NCBI GenBank assembly: GCA_964016885.1
Contig: OZ024745.1
Location: 85,436,001 to 85,500,000, forward strand
Origin: Eledone cirrhosa
Taxonomy: Eukaryota
Direction: 5' to 3'
DNA: 64,000 nt
Numbering within the stretch: the first letter of the stretch is position 1; every line of letters begins with the position of its first letter. The translations under genes were made by a program, and so were the position numbers. Under the pieces are notes generated by a model. That model ran no database searches, was not told the origin of the DNA, and worked only from the letters and a program-made list of their open reading frames with translations. This document shows, one piece after another, positions 57,789-64,000 of the stretch.

Positions 57789-60700
57789 GGGAGACATGAT
57801 ATGAAGGTTAAAATACACTTGTGAATAGTGCAGTTTTAAATCAACATATGAAAAGTAGTTTTAGATTGATGTGTGATATTGCGAAAAGTTTTTAGAGGGG
57901 GGGGGGGGAATGAAAAAGAGGAGGAGATGAGAGTAAATGTGGAGGGTACGGAATATAATGAGGAAGGATGAGATAGGAGGAGAGATGGGTGATAGAGAGA
58001 GAGAGATAGCTTTTATAACTGAGAAAAAATATATTGTTTTACATAGAGAGGTTGAAAAACCGTTGGAAGATAATATATAAATTAAAAGAATTTGAAAATT
58101 AACAAAGAGAAAAATAATGTTAAGTTAAGGTTTGTATATTGAAGGCTTTAATAATATGTGCGATGAAAAGAAATTGTTAATATGTATTAAGAATAATATT
58201 TAATGGTTTAATAATATGTGCGATGGAAAGAAATTGTTGATATGTATTATTAAAAAAATATAAAAATATAGCAATAGTAATGTAAGTAAGGATATATTGT
58301 GAAAGAAGTAGAAGATAGGATGAATAAGTTAGATGCGCATGAAAGGGAGAAAAAATAATGAATTGAGGATGAATAATCTAACGTCAAAAAAATGTTTATG
58401 TTTACGAAGGATTTTTTCAAGGTGATATATAGTAAGAATATATTGTGCTGAGTAATAATTGTTTCTAGGTTAGGCACAATGATAATTGAGAAGTATCTAG
58501 GAAGAAAAGGTACAGATTTAGGGGTTAGAAATTAAAAGAAAAAGAAAAAGAAAAAAAGAAAAGAAAAGGAAAAAGAAAGAAAGGGAAGTGATAAATAACA
58601 GTGATATAGAATGAGTAACTAGTATTATATAATGTATAATAAATAACTTTGAAATAAGGTAGAAAGATGGTATATTTTTAAAGAAATATATATGTATATA
58701 TATATATATATATATATGTGCCTTTGAGAAAAGTATTTTAAATTGATAAAGTATTAGATATTAGCTGTATACTTAATGGAATGTTCTGTGGAATTTATGC
58801 AAGCAGAGAGAAAACAAGTCAGTGCGTCTATTTATTATAGAACCTAAATCAGATATAATGGTAAATTTTTCACTTAAACAGAGATTGCATGTCTTGGATA
58901 GAGAGCTGTTCAAGTATGGAGAAGCAGAAGAAACCTTTTTCCAAGAGATGTTATATTTAATATTTTTGTCTTTCAAGGACCATACGAGTTCTGAGAGTGC
59001 CGTGATGATGATTATAAAGACGAGCTTTAAAGGAGGTGGAAGTGGAGCCAAAATAGGTGAAGGAATTGGTGTCAGTTATAACTTTACATTCGTAGATTAA
59101 CTTTTTTCAAGACAATGGTTGTTGAGAGGACATTTATTTTTAACAGGGCAATTGCAATGTCGATTAGAGAGATTAGCAGAGTTATTAACAAGTGACCTAG
59201 TATTATCTATAGAAGGAATTGGATTGTAGAAGTTATTTACGATAGGAATACTAGTTTCTTGATTTTGAATGGGATTAAGAAATTTAGCAAAGTTGCGTTT
59301 GACGTTGTATTTGGGTTTGCAGAAATTAGCCTAGAGTTTACAATGACGTCGGGAGTACTATTACTATTATTATGATATTCAGTGTTGGAAGGAAGAGATT
59401 TAGTATTTAGTATTTTATTGTTGTGTTTAGAGATAATGTTGGAAATGTTGGAGGATGTCGAATAGGAAAATTTTATAGTGTGTTTGTTAAATATTTTACT
59501 ATAGATATGTGGGGGAGGGAAGCATTTATTTAAGGCACTAAAGCATAATTTAGGAATATTATTATTAATAGAGATGGAGAAAGGAGCATTATACCAGATT
59601 ATGTTTTTGTATCTAGGTCTTTTATTAAAGTTATTGGAATGATCATGATTAATTATTCTACTGTAAGATCTTCTAGAAGTTGTTTCTTTACTATATTTGA
59701 TTTTATCAGGATAACCGGCTTTAGAAAGCGCGTTATTATAGTAATTGGCGTTAGCATCAAAGATGTTTTTATTAGAAGATAGGTTAGATATTCTTTTTCC
59801 AATATTACTAACTATAGCATTCTTAATATTAGGAGGGTGGTTAGTTTAAAATTAACATAATTTAGGTTCTCATTGTTTTTATGGTAAGGGTAATATAGGC
59901 CAGTGTCAAGATTAAGAGATACATCCAAGAAATTAGCTAGTTTGATGCTGTTATCAAATTCAATTTTTAAGTTATGTTGGTTAAAGAGATTACGTATATT
60001 GTTCTTAATAATATTAAGGTTAACTATGTTGCAATTTAAGATAGTAAAGAGTCCATCGTCACGATAAATTCCACCGCGAAGTTGAGGAATTTTCCGACTC
60101 AAAGAGTTCAAAATAAAGATACCAATTAAATCTGTCAATTGGGATGAATCTTATGCTCCCATTGTGATGACAAATTTGTTAGAGGTATCAGCTCTGGTCC
60201 AATATTCATTGTTGAACTCTAGGATGGTTTTACGTGCGCTGAGAATGATTTGAAGTTCATCTGTGGTGATGTCTGAATATTTGTAAGTGAAAGATAGAGC
60301 ATTTTTGAGAAGTGATGGCGAAATAGAAGAATAGTAGCTGGCAATATCAATTTGAAAAAGTTTTTGTTTGTTTTTATTATTGAATTTGTTGAACCAGCCA
60401 ATCACTTCAGAAGTACCAAACCATAAATTTAAGTTCAAAGAAGAGCAATTAGAGCGAACCTGTGGGATAATTCTATCCAAGATGGCTTTGCTAACAGGTA
60501 GTTCAGTATGAAAATTGTTTTTCTGTACCTTTTCTTCCTAGATACTTCTCAATTATCATTGTGCCTAACGTAGAAACAATTATTACTCAGCACAATATAT
60601 TCTTACTTTATATCACCTTGAAAAAATCCTTCGTAAACATAAACATTTTTTTTATGTTAGATTATTCATCCACAATTCATTATTTTTTTCTCCCTTTCAT

Positions 60701-61016
60701 GCTCATCTAACTTATTCATCCTATCTTCTACTTCTTTCACAATATATCCTTTATTTTTTCTCAGTTATATATTTTTTCTCAGTTATAAAAGCTATATCTC
60801 TCTCTCTATCACTCATCTCTCCCCTATCTCATACTTCCTCATTATACTCCTCCCCCTCCACTTTTTACTCTCATCTCCTCCTTTTTTTCATCCTTTCCAA
60901 CCCCTCCCTCTAAAATTTTTTCCCAATATCACACATCAATCTAAAACTACTTTTCATATGTTGATTTAAAACTGCACTATTTACAAGTGTATTTTAACCT
61001 TCATATCATGTCTCCC

Positions 61017-61087
61017 TATTTTATCTGACGAAAACGCAAATATTATTGCATGATGATATTTGTTTTTGAAATGCGCATAATAAAATA
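61017..61087 (+). ncRNA. Hammerhead, family I
   Basis: tattttat-CTGACGA-aaac-gcaaatattat..atgatatttgt-tttt-GAAA-tgcgca-TA-ataaaata; perfect 8-bp stem I. Confidence 0.88.
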
Positions 61088-61489
61088 CATGGAACTCTTT
61101 TAACCATCTTTTTATCTTATATATTCCTTCTCTCCTCTCCTCCTCCCGCAGACTTATCTTCCTTCCCCCTCTTGCTTGCCTATATCTGACCAGTAGTAGT
61201 TACCTTCCTCTTTTAGCTGACATTAACCCTGACTTCTCTTCTTCTTTCTTCCCCCTTCTTCTCCTTCCTTTCTTTCTTTCTTTTACCTTGTGTCATGGGA
61301 TCGACGTTAACCTATGCTCCCATCTCTTTCTGTTTTCGTTCATCTGACCGGTAGTAGCATACTATAAAATTTAGCCACGTCACTCCAGGGCGACCGGCTG
61401 AGGTTGAAGGAACAGAATAGCGGTCGCCCTCGGGTCTCGATTTTCAGCCCCATGGATTTTACCTATTACATTCACGTATTATATTTCGA

Positions 61490-61547
61490 ATACCTGATGA
61501 TATCACCGGATTCATACGGAACCCGGTCATTGAAATGATCATAGTAT
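61490..61547 (+). ncRNA. Hammerhead, family J, in the pLTR-like segment 61126-61595
   Basis: atac-CTGATGA-tatc-accgg..ccggt-catt-GAAA-tgatca-TA-gtat. Confidence 0.8.
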
Positions 61548-61593
61548 AATAAACCTTTCAAGGATTTACACAAATCCAGCCTCCTGTCATTTC

Positions 61594-61675
<82 letters not shown>

Positions 61676-61730
61676 ATATATAAATATATATATAAATATA
61701 TATATATATAAATATATATATAAATATATA

Positions 61731-61785
<55 letters not shown>

Positions 61786-61788
<3 letters not shown>

Positions 61789-62746
61789 TAATCTATAAAG
61801 CTCAGTGTGTGGTCATGCTCCTTTCTTATAGAAATCTATGATATAGATTTTCTTCAATTGAAATTTACAATTCAGTATTCAAAATAGCTTCGATTGCGTC
61901 TTGGCACATATAATTTTTTCAATTTCATCTACAATTACGCAAAAAATAGGTAAAACTCAATATTTTCCGATTTTTCTCTGTCATTTAAACTGCTAAACTC
62001 TTTCCCCTACCATTCAAAATCTATACAACTTCATACTTTCTGCTACTTTCTCTTTCCAAGTTTGATGGTTATACTGTCCGTTTTACTCTCTCATATCATC
62101 TGCTTGCCTCTAACTACAACCCACACATTTTGCTACTTTCTCTTTTATACAGCTACATTTATTCAACAACAAGCGATAAATCTTTTTTAAAACCTCTTTT
62201 CCAAATGTATACAAACACACACTCACTTCAACAACAACAACAATCTGCCTTTTATAGATAATGATAAACAATAATATCCTCTATGAGGACACTAAACCTG
62301 CTAGAAACAGCAGCTAACTCTCCCCCATATCACACCGCTCCCTACTGTCTTAAATTTAGAAAACACATATCCTCTATGAGGTCACTAAACCTGCTAGAAA
62401 CAACAGCTAACTCTCCCTCATATCACAACCCTCCCTACTGTCTTAAATTTAGAAAACACACAGACAACCATGCAGAACAACTCCATCGCAGCTCTGTTGT
62501 TCGGCTGGCATCGACAACGCGCGTGTTGCGCAAGTACTGTGAAACAATAAATTTCAACACTTTTTTGCACAGAGATAATATCCATAGGCGAAACTACAAT
62601 TGTCACTGCTGGCGCAGCTCCTGCTTCCAGGTCTGCAATTCATTCACCCAGTGCCTGGCAGACAAAAATGTGCTGCCATAAAATGGGTGGTGCAACCTAA
62701 CTTTGGTAACTTAATGACCCCGAGCAACGCCGGGCTTTAATGCTAG
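61786..62746 (+). mobile_element. Non-autonomous Helitron with an internal 93-bp tandem duplication (62274-62459)
   Basis: 5' A|TC start, 3' hairpin CCCGAGCAACGCCGGG, and CTAG|T end 8 nt later. No TSD. Confidence 0.8.
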
Positions 62747-62768
62747 TATATTATATATATATTTTATA

Positions 62769-62824
<56 letters not shown>

Positions 62825-63067
62825 ATATATATATATAAATTATAAATATATATTATATTACATATATATATATTATATATATATATGTATTATATATATA
62901 TATTACATATATATATATTATATATATATATATTATATATATATATATCTATTATATATATATATAATATATATATATTTATATATATAATATATGTATA
63001 TATTTATATATTTATATATATATTATATGTATATATATATTATATATATATATATATTATATATATA

Positions 63068-63137
<70 letters not shown>

Positions 63138-63142
63138 TATAT

Positions 63143-63182
<40 letters not shown>

Positions 63183-63197
63183 TATATATATATATTC

Positions 63198-63273
<76 letters not shown>

Positions 63274-63320
63274 AATATATATATATTATATTCATATATA
63301 TTATATACATATATACATAT

Positions 63321-63352
<32 letters not shown>

Positions 63353-63353
63353 G

Positions 63354-63450
<97 letters not shown>

Positions 63451-63452
63451 TA

Positions 63453-63504
<52 letters not shown>

Positions 63505-63506
<2 letters not shown>

Positions 63507-64000
63507 AACGAGTAGGACCCCGACGGCTGAGCTCAAGCCGTTTCGACGGCTAATTCTGGACTAAATGAAAATGTTTATCCTGGTATATGAATAGCCGAGC
63601 TTTTCAGGGCTAATTCCATATATGGTAAAAGTGATTGTCACAAGGATTGGTAAAAGGTTTGTTGTTCTGACACATAATTCTATCATGATTTGTGGAGGGA
63701 AGGGGTAGCTGAACCTGCCAGTAGTGCCAACTATAGCTGGGCAGGAGGGCAAGGAAGTATTATAGGGAGGGAGGGTAGGGGAGGATGTCGAAACAATAAG
63801 TAAAACAATATGGGGTAAATATATAGAAAAATACCGAGAATGTTAAAAAAACAATTAAATATTTAAAAAAAAACAATTTCTGGGTACTATAACCTGAGGA
63901 CAGCTATCAAGTCTCTCACTGGTACTGCTAGACTAAAGAAATGTTTACTAGGTGGGACGGAAATATAATGAGACCCTTTTAAGAGGTATTAGTAATCAAC
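63505..64000 (-). mobile_element. pLTR family F with a hammerhead-like motif at 63517-63611 (core CTGAAAA); runs off the window
   Basis: Homologous to 18709-18932. Confidence 0.78.

Larger units (their letters stand above)
57592..61125 (-). mobile_element. Decayed PLE (YRDD type) with an inverted 3' segment at about 60520-61125
   Basis: Motifs FQIDIASYYSSI, ITMGA, GGIYRDD, NFLDVSLNL, CNLCLSE and CLH. About 60525-61120 is the reverse complement of 57685-58515 with an internal gap. Confidence 0.9.

Noticed and set aside
62274-62459. CRISPR-like or coding repeat
   Set aside because: It is a simple two-unit 93-bp tandem duplication with no spacers, in eukaryotic DNA.

Overview
This is AT-rich eukaryotic DNA with no recognisable host gene. 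It is most likely a coleoid cephalopod (octopus-like), inferred from my recall of the tRNA-derived SINE and the LINE tails. Long (TA)n arrays separate a dense set of insertions: Penelope-like elements (PLEs; RT plus C-terminal GIY-YIG) of at least two clades, many ORF-less PLE terminal-repeat (pLTR) modules, RTE LINEs, CR1-group LINEs, SINEs and one non-autonomous Helitron. Nearly all ORFs in the track reading (IY)n are microsatellite artefacts. By hand-folding I find about 27 type-I hammerhead ribozyme (HHR) motifs from about 14 sequence families, intact or decayed. They include a compensatory U3-A8 core, 50-100 nt stem-II insertions and palindromic stem III. Most sit in fold-back modules that have one long and one short terminus, and the short terminus usually ends at an internal AT/TA microhomology with the (TA)n target. 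Other points of interest are a 388-bp perfect palindrome with two HHRs, a tandem-HHR retrozyme-like unit, a frame break shared by three PLE copies that a 91-nt GT-AG intron would repair, and twin-primed RTE insertions. All structures were read by eye and coordinates are approximate to within a few bases.
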